From Rhodanobacteraceae bacterium (GTDB taxonomy: Bacteria > Pseudomonadota > Gammaproteobacteria > Xanthomonadales > Rhodanobacteraceae): a DNA stretch of 53,994 nucleotides. Below the pieces are notes generated by a model. It saw nothing but the letters and a program-made list of their open reading frames with translations. It had not been told where the DNA came from and searched no databases. Below are positions 1 to 8,010 of the stretch, one piece after another. The translations under genes and the position numbers were made by a program. The stretch spans positions 1 to 53,994 of the forward strand of contig DATFRS010000337.1 of NCBI GenBank assembly GCA_035263065.1. The letters are read 5' to 3'. Position 1 is the stretch's first letter; every line of letters begins with the position of its first letter.

Positions 1-402
1 ATCGATGAGATTGCAGCCGCCGCCAAGCTCCAGTTTCTCGAGCGTGAGATCGGCGATCGCGTCGATGAGGCGGAACGGATTGGCCGCCGTCGGCGAGCAT
101 GCGTTCGGACCGCTGTCGTCGCGCCGGATCGTGCGGCGTACGCCGACGCCCTCGATCGAGAGCTTCTGCGTGATCGTCGGCAGCGCCGCGTGCAGCACGA
201 TGTCGCGCCTGACCTGGATGTGGTCTTCGTGGTCCCCGTGCGTGTTCGTGTAGACGATCGCCTGCACGAGCTCGGCCTCGGTATCGACGCGGTACGTCGC
301 GGCGTGGGCCGAGCCGGCAGCGAGCGCCAGCGTCAACGCCTGCGCGAGGCGGCCGATGTGCGGTAGTTTCGACTGCGGAATTCGGTAAATGCGGGTGTCC
401 AT
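1..402 (-). CDS. Secreted protein, 5' part only (runs off the window); probable beta-helix/pectin-lyase-fold surface protein
   Basis: Not in the ORF track. My translation from ATG 402: MDTRIYRIPQSKLPHIGRLAQALTLALAAGSAHA|ATYRVDTEAELVQAIVYTN...LPTITQKLSIEG...FRLIDAIADLTLEKLELGGG. Signal peptide ends in AHA; RBS GGAGAAGG upstream; no stop before position 1. The fold call rests on motif resemblance only. Confidence 0.75.
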   Translation of the reverse strand, partial: MDTRIYRIPQSKLPHIGRLAQALTLALAAGSAHAATYRVDTEAELVQAIVYTNTHGDHEDHIQVRRDIVLHAALPTITQKLSIEGVGVRRTIRRDDSGPNACSPTAANPFRLIDAIADLTLEKLELGGGCNLID

Positions 403-511
403 GAGCCTTCTCCCTGACGGTGATCGCGCCCTTGCTTGGGGCGCATCGATTACTCACCGACGAGAGCGGCGCGGGTTACGGCTCGAGGGGCGGCGGAACG
501 CGTAGGGCGAT

Positions 512-3190
512 CTACGGCGTACCGTTGGCGCCGGCGGCGGGGACGTTCGACGCTGCGTCGCGCGCTTCGGCGGCGAACATCTCCTCGAACTTCCCGCGCT
601 CGTCGGCAAGGTGCTCATCGGACCTCGCGACGAACTGGGCGAAGCGGGCATCGCCGCGGAACGGCATCAGCTCGATGTCCTTGCGCGTGCGGAAATTGAT
701 CGTGTAGCCGACCGCGAACGCGTGCTCGAGCGTTGCATAGGCGGCGTCGGTCTCGCCGGCGAGCCGCTGCAGCGACGCCATGCGCAGCCAGACCGGCGCA
801 TATTCGTCACCGCTGTCGATCTTGGCCTGCAGGGACGTGCGCGCCTTTTCGATCAGCGCCGGCACCCCGTCCCCGCGCCCGAGCTCGGTCAGGAGGATCG
901 CTTCGCGCAGCTCCGGGGGATTGCCGTTTGGCGCGTTGCGGCCGCCGTCGCGATAGAAGAGGCGCTTGGTCTTCTCCATCGCCGCCAGCGCGGCCGGGAG
1001 ATCGTGCTGCTCGATCGCGCAGATGCGCTCGAGGTTCGCCGAGCTGAAGTACGCGTCGGATCGGTCCTCGTCGAGCGTTTGCACGAGCTCGCGGCAGCGC
1101 GCGTAGTCGCCGCGATAGAACGCGATCTCGGCTTCGCGCACGGTGCGCTGGGATGTGTCGGGATCGCGGTCGATCAGGTCGCGCATCATGCGCTCGCCCG
1201 CGTCGGTTTCGCCGACCGCGTACGCCGACTGCGCGGCGAGCATGAAGGGATGCATTTCGTCCGTCCCGAAGCGGCGGCGCTCGACGGTCATGCGGTAGCT
1301 GTCGGCGAAGCGCCCGGTCGTGAAGTAGCCCCAGCCGAGCGAATCCTCGATATTCGCGCTGCCGAGCGAGCGCGCCTGCTCCAGTGCGGCGGTCATGCGC
1401 ACCCACCAGCCCTTGGCCATGTACATCAGGCCGAGATGCTTCGCCGCCATGCCGAGCGTGGGATCCATGCGCTGTGCGCGCGCGGCTTCCTCGATCGCGC
1501 TGTCGAGCCAGTACGCCTCGCCCCCGTGCCCCGACAGCGCAAGCGCGAGCCGCGCATGCGCCATCGCCGAGTCGGGAGCCTCCTCGACCACTTCCTTCAT
1601 CCATTCGATCGCGTCGAGGCTCTTGTCGTCGTCCTTGTCATCGACCTGACGGATCGCGCGAACGAGCAGCGTGAGCGCGTGGCGCGACAGGCGCGCTTCG
1701 GCCGTCGGCGTCGCGCGCTTGGCCGTGAGCGCAGCGGCGATCTCCTTCGCTGCGCGCGGCAGCGTTTCGGCGGTCAGCGTCGTCTCGAAGAGGATTTCCT
1801 CGCGCAGCTCGTCGAGGACGACGACGGCGAACCGACCGGCCACCGGCGCACGCGCGACGTCAATCTCGAGGTACGCGCCCGTGCGCGTGTCGATGTCGAT
1901 GTCCGCGAAGCTCGGGCCCGCCATCGCCCGTTCGAATCCCGTATCGAACGGCAGTATGTGCAGGTTCGCCGGCAGCTGCGGCGCCAGTGCGCCGACGAGC
2001 CCGCGCCCGATCTCGCGCTCGGAGGCGTCGTCGACGATGAGATTCGGCAACACCGCGATCGTCTGCGTCGCAATCGCCGGATCGGGAATCGGAATCGGCT
2101 CGCGCGATCGGTACCAGACTACCGCGGCCGTCAGCGCGACCGCGAGCGCCAGCATCGCGCCGAGCGCGATGCGCCGGCGCCGCGACGGAAGGTCGAGCTT
2201 CAGCGCCGAAAAGCCGGGGAGCCGGCGACGCGGCTTCGCGCCGGCGATCCAGGCATCGAGCGCATCGGCGAGCGCGCTCGCCGATGCATACCGGTCCTCG
2301 GTGCGCTTCTCGAGGCAGCGCAGGCAGATCGCCTCGAGCTCCGGCGGAATCGACGCGTCGAGCTGGCGCGGCGCGCGTGGACGTCGCGTCGCGATCTCGC
2401 GCAGGATCTGCAGCGTGTCGAGCTCGGCGAACGGCGCTCGTCCGCCGAGGAGCTCGTACAGGATCGCGCCGAGGCCGTAGACGTCGGCCGCGGCAGTCAC
2501 GCGCGCACCGGGCATGGCGACGGTTTCGGGCGCGGCGTAGCGGGGCGTGCCGATCAGCGCATCGGCGCCCGTCAGCGTGCTGTCTTCGGCGATGAAGCGT
2601 GCGAGGCCGAAATCGGTCACGAGCGGCTGCCCGGCGGCGTCGAAGACGATGTTCGAAGGCTTGAGGTCGCGATGCAGGACGCCGCGCGCGTGCGCGTGCG
2701 CGACCGCGCGCGCGATGTCGGCGACGAGCCGCGCGCTCGCACGGAAGTCGCCGCGCAGGCGCTCGACGTGCTCGGCGAGGTTGCCGCCCTCGGCGAGCTT
2801 CATGCTGAACCAGGGTTGCTCGCCGTCGACGCCAACCTCGTATACCGGCAGGATGCCCGGATGATCGAGGCTCGCCATGACCTCGGCTTCGCGCCGGAAG
2901 CGATCGCGCGCGTCCTTCGTACCGAGCCGCGAAGGCAGCAGCATCTTCAGCGCGACCGTGCGGCGCAGGTCCGGCTGCCACGCGCGGTAGACGACACCGG
3001 CGCCGCCGCGCGCGATCGCCCCGATCAGTCGGTAGCGGCCGACTTCGCGCGGCGTTTCGGTGCCGTCGTCGTCGGGCCCGAGCGCGGCACCGAGCAGGCA
3101 GCGCGCGCAGAGTCCGTTCGCGAGCAGTGCCTGGCCGGACGCGCCGCAGGCCGGGCAGCGAAGAGTCTCTGACCGGATCGCGTCGCTCAC
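512..3190 (-). CDS. Membrane-anchored Hanks-type Ser/Thr protein kinase with N-terminal CxxC..CxxC and C-terminal TPR-like region
   Basis: Motifs RGGAGVVY, VALK, HRDLKPSN, DFGLA, GTPRYAAPE; TM helix IALGAMLALAVALTAAVVWY; GTG start overlaps the upstream ECF stop (GTGA). Confidence 0.93.
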   Translation of the reverse strand: MSDAIRSETLRCPACGASGQALLANGLCARCLLGAALGPDDDGTETPREVGRYRLIGAIARGGAGVVYRAWQPDLRRTVALKMLLPSRLGTKDARDRFRREAEVMASLDHPGILPVYEVGVDGEQPWFSMKLAEGGNLAEHVERLRGDFRASARLVADIARAVAHAHARGVLHRDLKPSNIVFDAAGQPLVTDFGLARFIAEDSTLTGADALIGTPRYAAPETVAMPGARVTAAADVYGLGAILYELLGGRAPFAELDTLQILREIATRRPRAPRQLDASIPPELEAICLRCLEKRTEDRYASASALADALDAWIAGAKPRRRLPGFSALKLDLPSRRRRIALGAMLALAVALTAAVVWYRSREPIPIPDPAIATQTIAVLPNLIVDDASEREIGRGLVGALAPQLPANLHILPFDTGFERAMAGPSFADIDIDTRTGAYLEIDVARAPVAGRFAVVVLDELREEILFETTLTAETLPRAAKEIAAALTAKRATPTAEARLSRHALTLLVRAIRQVDDKDDDKSLDAIEWMKEVVEEAPDSAMAHARLALALSGHGGEAYWLDSAIEEAARAQRMDPTLGMAAKHLGLMYMAKGWWVRMTAALEQARSLGSANIEDSLGWGYFTTGRFADSYRMTVERRRFGTDEMHPFMLAAQSAYAVGETDAGERMMRDLIDRDPDTSQRTVREAEIAFYRGDYARCRELVQTLDEDRSDAYFSSANLERICAIEQHDLPAALAAMEKTKRLFYRDGGRNAPNGNPPELREAILLTELGRGDGVPALIEKARTSLQAKIDSGDEYAPVWLRMASLQRLAGETDAAYATLEHAFAVGYTINFRTRKDIELMPFRGDARFAQFVARSDEHLADERGKFEEMFAAEARDAASNVPAAGANGTP

Positions 3191-3942
3191 GGTATCGATG
3201 TCTCCGATTCCGAGGCGAGCACGTCACGCAGGTAGGCGAGCTCTTCGTCGACCTCCCCGGGTGCGGCAACGGTCTCTGCGACTTCCGCGCGCAGCGCGTC
3301 GCGAAACCGACGTCGCAGGCGATGCACGGCGGTCTTGATCGCGCCCTCGTTGCGGCCGAGCTGCGCCCCGATATCCGCGTACGAGGGCATGTCGCGACCG
3401 GAGAGACACGGCTGCAGGGCCGCGAACAAGTCGCTTTCGCCGCTCACGGCGTGCTCGGCAGCGAGCCGTGCGAGCGCGTTGCCGACGAGGGCGCGCGCCC
3501 AGCGCCGGTCGAACTGGAGCTGCTGCGACGAGCCGTCGTCCTCGGCCGCCATGTGCGCTTCGGCGGCGGTCGCGTCGAACGGCACGAACACGCGGTCGCC
3601 GCCGCGCTTCAAGGCGCTCTCGCGCTCGCGGTCGCTGGCGAGGAAGCGCACGAGCGCGCCGTGCAGGAAGCTGCGGAAGCGGCCGCGGTCGGGATCGGCG
3701 CGCGCGACGGCGCCGCCGTCGATGAGGTGCAGGAAGAAGCCTTGCGTCAGGTCTTCGGCATCGCTCGCCGGGTAGCCTTGCCGGCGCAGGCTCGCGTAGA
3801 TCGGCATCCAGTACTGGCGGCAGAGCGCGGCGAGCGCGTCGCGTGCGCGCGACTCGGCGCGATCGCCCGCGGCGAGCACGAGTCCCCAGCTCGTATCGGG
3901 AAACCGCGCGCTGGCGCGGTGTCTGCCGTTGTCGAGCGACAC
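3187..3942 (-). CDS. ECF-type sigma-70 factor, kinase-associated
   Basis: N-terminal RFPDTSWGLV, region 2 LCRQYWMPIY...DAEDLTQGFF...GRFRSFL, region 4 SYADIGAQLGRNEGAIKTAVHRLRRRF. Start uncertain (GTG 3942 or 3963). Confidence 0.9.
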   Translation of the reverse strand: MSLDNGRHRASARFPDTSWGLVLAAGDRAESRARDALAALCRQYWMPIYASLRRQGYPASDAEDLTQGFFLHLIDGGAVARADPDRGRFRSFLHGALVRFLASDRERESALKRGGDRVFVPFDATAAEAHMAAEDDGSSQQLQFDRRWARALVGNALARLAAEHAVSGESDLFAALQPCLSGRDMPSYADIGAQLGRNEGAIKTAVHRLRRRFRDALRAEVAETVAAPGEVDEELAYLRDVLASESETSIP

Positions 3943-4050
3943 GCTGGCCCCAACCAGGCACACGCCTGAGCGACGGATGCGAACCCCGCGCGCATCGTGC
4001 CGCAGCGGCCCGCGAGCGGCAACCGTAGTTGCCGCGCGTCGGCGGGAACG

Positions 4051-4548
4051 TCAGTTCCAGTCGTACAGCGAGAAGTACACCGGCGACACCGGACCCTGCT
4101 GCGGATCGCGCGTCAGGCGGCCCGTGCCGGTCGTGTCCATGAAGGTCTCTTCGGGACCGCCGTTCTGCGGCACGATGTGGATCATCCAGACCTTGCCGTT
4201 CTCGCGGTACTCGTCGACGGTGTCGCCGTCCTGGTTCTTCACGACGTGCTCGCTCGCGGCCATGCGTTTCTGCACGGCGGTGCCGTCGCGGTCGGCCTTG
4301 TCGCGGACGAGCCGCGTGTCGGGCTTGGGCAGCGGAGCGAGCGGATCGGTGTCGGCGGCCGCGGCGGCGTCGGCCGGCGCGGTCGCGGCATCCTGTGCCG
4401 CGGCAGGCGCGGCGGTCACGCCCGGATCGTTGATGCCCGGCGGCGGCGGTGCGGCCTTGAGCGTCGGCTTCGCGTCCTGCTGCGCCGCGACGGCGAGCGT
4501 CGAGCCGATGATCATCCCCAGCAGAGCGAAACGGCCGATGATGCGCAT
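4051..4548 (-). CDS. DUF2782-family exported protein
   Basis: Signal peptide, Ala/Pro-rich linker, then DTVDEYRENGKVWMIHIVP and a C-terminal ...FSLYDW; RBS AGGAG before ATG 4548; divergent from polA, the usual context. Confidence 0.8.
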   Translation of the reverse strand: MRIIGRFALLGMIIGSTLAVAAQQDAKPTLKAAPPPPGINDPGVTAAPAAAQDAATAPADAAAAADTDPLAPLPKPDTRLVRDKADRDGTAVQKRMAASEHVVKNQDGDTVDEYRENGKVWMIHIVPQNGGPEETFMDTTGTGRLTRDPQQGPVSPVYFSLYDWN

Positions 4549-4738
4549 GACGTCTCTCCTTGGTGCCACGAGAAGCCTAGCAGAGCATCGATGAATCGAC
4601 CCGCGCGAACGTCACAATCACGATCACCGATTGTTACAGCGGGCCGATGGTTACAGGGACGCCCCGCGGGGCCCGCGCGTTGCAAACGCCGTCGCTGCTT
4701 GCCAAGCTCACGGGGCTCCGCCCCTCGCAAGGCCCCCC

Positions 4739-7516
4739 ATGCCGCAGCCGCGCCTCGTCCTCATCGACGGCTCATCTTATCTCTACCGCGCGTTCCATGC
4801 GTTGCCGCCGCTGACCAACTCCACCGGCGAGCCCACGGGCGCGCTGTTCGGCGTGGTCAACATGCTGCGGGCGACGCTGAACTCCAAGCCCGACTTCGCC
4901 GCGTTCGTGCAGGACGCGCCCGGCAGGACGTTCCGCGACGATCTCTACGCCGAGTACAAGGCCAACCGCGAGGCGATGCCGGATCCGCTCGCGGCGCAGA
5001 TCGAGCCGATGCTGGCGATCGTCGAGGCGCTCGGCTTCCGCATCCTGCGCGTTTCCGGCGTCGAGGCCGACGACGTCATCGGCACGCTCGCGACGCAGGC
5101 GGCAGAGCAGGGCATCGACGTCACCGTGTCGACCGGCGACAAGGATTTCGCGCAGCTCGTCGCGCCGCGCATCACGCTCGTCAACACGATGAGCAACACG
5201 ACGCTCGATGAGGCCGGCGTTGTCGAGAAGTTCGGCGTGCCGCCGGCGCGCATCGTCGATCTCCTCGCGCTGATGGGCGACAGCATCGACAACATTCCGG
5301 GCGTCGAGAAGTGCGGACCGAAGACCGCGGCGAAGTGGCTCGGCGAGTACGGCACGCTCGACGACGTCATCGCGAACGCGGACAAGGTCGGCGGCAAGAT
5401 CGGCGAGAACCTGCGCCGCGCGCTGCCGCAGCTGCCGTTGTCGCGCCGGCTCGCGACGATCAAGACCGACGTCGCGCTCGACGTCGGGCCCACCGACCTC
5501 GTGCTTCGCGCGCGCGACGTCGACACGCTGCGCACGCTGTACAAGCGCTACGAGTTCAACGCGGCGCTGAAGGAGCTCGACACGGCCGAGGCGCGCGGCG
5601 CGCGCGACCTGCCGGCGGCCGATGTCCCGACGCACCGCGAGTTCGGCGTGCGCGCCATCGACATCGCCGCGCCGCCGAAGATCGAGGTCGATCCGGCGCT
5701 GACGGGGCCCGGCCGGTACGAGCTCGTGACGACGGCCGACGCGCTCGACCGCTGGGCCGGCAAGCTCCGCGACGCCGAGCTCATCGCGCTCGACACCGAA
5801 ACCGATTCGCTGGATCCGATGCAGGCCGAGATCATCGGCATCTCGATCGCGGTCGCGCCGAAGGAGGCCGCGTACATTCCGCTTGGCCACGATTGCCCCG
5901 GCACGCCCTCGCAGCTCGATCGCGACGACGTGCTGAATCTCCTGAAGCCCTTGCTCGAGGATGCGGACCGGGCGAAGCTCGGGCAGAACGCGAAGTACGA
6001 CGCGAACGTCTTCTCGACGTACGGCATCCACATGCGCGGCATCGCGCACGACACGATGCTGGAATCGTACGTGTTGAACTCGACGGCGTCGCGGCACGAC
6101 ATGGATTCGCTGTCCAGGCGCCATCTCGGGCACGAGACGATTCCGTACGAGGACGTCACGGGCAAGGGCGCGAAGCAGATTCCGTTCTCGCAGGTCGACA
6201 TCGAGACCGCCTGCCGGTACGCCGCCGAGGACGCCGACGTGACGCTGCGCCTGCACTGCGCGTTGTCGGCGAAGCTCGACGCGGAGCCGAAGCTGAAGTC
6301 GGTCTACGAGACGATCGAGATGCCGCTCGTGCCGGTGCTCGCGCGCATGGAGCAGGCCGGCGTCCTCATCGACACCGGCGCGCTGAAGCGGCAGAGCAAC
6401 GAGCTTGCCAAACGCATGCACGCGATCACCGAGGAAGCGTACGCGATCGCCGGCCGCAGTTTCAGCCTCGATTCGCCCAAGCAGCTGCAGGCGATCCTGT
6501 TCGACGAGCTGAAACTCGCGGCCGTGCTGAAGACGCCGAGCGGCCAGCCGTCGACGAACGAGGAAGCGCTCGAGGCGATCGCGAACGATCACGCGCTGCC
6601 GCGCATGATCCTCGAGTATCGCGGGCTCGCCAAGCTGCGCTCGACGTATACCGAGAAGCTCGCCGACAACGTCAATCCGCGCACGGGTCGCGTGCACACG
6701 AACTACAACCAGGCGACGGCGGCGACGGGACGGCTGTCGTCGCAGGATCCGAACCTGCAGAACATTCCGATCCGCACCGAGGAAGGGCGGCGCATCCGGC
6801 AGGCGTTCGTCGCGCCGCCGGGATGGAAGATCGTCGCGGCGGACTATTCGCAGATCGAGCTGCGCATCATGGCGCACCTCTCGGGCGACGCCGGTCTCCT
6901 CGCCGCGTTCCACGGCAATCAGGACATCCATCGCGCGACGGCGGCCGAAGTGTTCGGCCTGCCGCTCGATCAGGTCGACACGAACCAGCGCCGCGCCGCG
7001 AAGGCGATCAACTTCGGCTTGATGTACGGCATGAGCGCGTTCGGGCTCGCGCGCCAGCTCGGCGTCGGCCGCGGCGAGGCGCAGGACTACATGGCGCGCT
7101 ATTTCTCGCGCTATCCCGGCGTGCGCGAGTTCATGGAGCGCACGCGCGAGGAAGCGCATCGCGACGGCTACGTCGAGACCGTGTTCGGCCGACGCCTGCA
7201 TCTCGACTACATCAACTCGAAGAACCAGGTGCAGCGCTCCGGCGCCGAGCGCGCGGCGATCAACGCGCCGATGCAGGGCACCGCGGCCGACATCATCAAG
7301 CGGGCCATGATCGACGTCGACGCGTGGCTGATCGATCAGGACGAAGCCGCGCGCATGCTGCTGCAGGTGCACGACGAGCTCGTCTTCGAGATCCGGGAGG
7401 ACCGCATCGAGGCGCTCAGCGCCGGCATCCGCGAGCGCATGGCCGCGGCGGCCGAGTTGTCGGTGCCGCTCGTCGTCGACGTCGGCGTCGGCGCGAACTG
7501 GGACGAGGCGCACTAG
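4739..7516 (+). CDS. polA: DNA polymerase I
   Basis: LVLIDGSSYLYRAFHA (5' nuclease), DTET (3'-5' exonuclease), DYSQIELR, KAINFGLMYG, QVHDELVFE; start ATG 4739. Confidence 0.99.
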   Translation: MPQPRLVLIDGSSYLYRAFHALPPLTNSTGEPTGALFGVVNMLRATLNSKPDFAAFVQDAPGRTFRDDLYAEYKANREAMPDPLAAQIEPMLAIVEALGFRILRVSGVEADDVIGTLATQAAEQGIDVTVSTGDKDFAQLVAPRITLVNTMSNTTLDEAGVVEKFGVPPARIVDLLALMGDSIDNIPGVEKCGPKTAAKWLGEYGTLDDVIANADKVGGKIGENLRRALPQLPLSRRLATIKTDVALDVGPTDLVLRARDVDTLRTLYKRYEFNAALKELDTAEARGARDLPAADVPTHREFGVRAIDIAAPPKIEVDPALTGPGRYELVTTADALDRWAGKLRDAELIALDTETDSLDPMQAEIIGISIAVAPKEAAYIPLGHDCPGTPSQLDRDDVLNLLKPLLEDADRAKLGQNAKYDANVFSTYGIHMRGIAHDTMLESYVLNSTASRHDMDSLSRRHLGHETIPYEDVTGKGAKQIPFSQVDIETACRYAAEDADVTLRLHCALSAKLDAEPKLKSVYETIEMPLVPVLARMEQAGVLIDTGALKRQSNELAKRMHAITEEAYAIAGRSFSLDSPKQLQAILFDELKLAAVLKTPSGQPSTNEEALEAIANDHALPRMILEYRGLAKLRSTYTEKLADNVNPRTGRVHTNYNQATAATGRLSSQDPNLQNIPIRTEEGRRIRQAFVAPPGWKIVAADYSQIELRIMAHLSGDAGLLAAFHGNQDIHRATAAEVFGLPLDQVDTNQRRAAKAINFGLMYGMSAFGLARQLGVGRGEAQDYMARYFSRYPGVREFMERTREEAHRDGYVETVFGRRLHLDYINSKNQVQRSGAERAAINAPMQGTAADIIKRAMIDVDAWLIDQDEAARMLLQVHDELVFEIREDRIEALSAGIRERMAAAAELSVPLVVDVGVGANWDEAH

Positions 7517-7632
7517 TCGAAACAACCGCTTGCGGCGCAAACGTTTTCCGCGCGTTCGCGAAGCGTCAACAAAGCGTTTCGAAGCGCTGAACCTCGACTA
7601 AACGCCGCCCGGAATTCTTTCCATACGGCGGC

Positions 7633-7659
7633 GAACTTTCGGGAAATGACCCGGTCCCA
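7633..7659 (+). promoter_or_regulatory. Putative RpoE/AlgU-type promoter for the downstream small RNA
   Basis: GAACTT (7633-7638) - 16 nt - TCCCA (7655-7659), resembling the sigma-E consensus GAACTT-N16/17-TCtnA, immediately before the first hairpin. Confidence 0.5.
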
Positions 7660-7664
7660 CTCAT

Positions 7665-7794
7665 CGGGCGCGCGCAACGGCGCCCGTGGTTCACTCACCT
7701 CCCTGAGTGCAACCCCGGGAAATCGGTCCCTCCCCAGGCCGGTTTCCTACCGGCCCCGAGGGCTCCCCCTGGCCCTCGGGGCTTTTCTTTGTTT
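7665..7794 (+). ncRNA. sX13-like small RNA with C-rich loops
   Basis: Hairpins CACTCA-CCTCCC-TGAGTG, GGAAATCGGTC-CCTCCCCA-GGCCGGTTTCC and GCCCCGAGGGC-TCCCCCTG-GCCCTCGGGGC followed by TTTTCTTT. Located directly downstream of polA, as Xanthomonas sX13 is. The 5' end is uncertain (7665 or 7688). Confidence 0.8.
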
Positions 7795-7796
7795 GT

Positions 7797-7889
7797 GCGA
7801 TCCGTCCGGATCGCTGCAACCTGCGCAGGTTGGCCAGTGGTTCGGCGAAGTGGCTTTGGGTGAGTCCAGATGCGGCCATCCATGGCCGC
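7797..7889. repeat. Cluster of short palindromes, REP-like
   Basis: GCGATCCG-TC-CGGATCGC (7797-7814), CAACCTGCGCAGGTTG (7817-7832), GCGGCCAT-CC-ATGGCCGC (7872-7889). Confidence 0.45.
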
Positions 7890-7959
7890 GGATTCCATGG
7901 ACAGCACGGCTTCGAGCGAGGTCCTCGCGAGCACCCTCGAAGATCAAACGCATGCTTTT

Positions 7960-7994
7960 CCCTCTCCCGCTTGCGGGAGAGGGCAGGGTGAGGG
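7960..7994. repeat. REP element (CCCTCTCCCGC-TT-GCGGGAGAGGG family)
   Basis: Perfect 11-bp palindrome plus a GGGTGAGGG tail; the same unit recurs twice at 49359-49453. Confidence 0.85.
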
Positions 7995-8010
7995 CAAGCC
8001 GAATTGCCGC

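Noticed and set aside
611-3172. 853-aa plus-strand ORF opposite the kinase, and similar long antisense ORFs (4772..7540, 10404..12641, 30951..32921, 35813..38554, 39692..42193)
   Set aside because: Shadow frames caused by high-GC codon bias; they mirror real genes and have no recognisable motifs.
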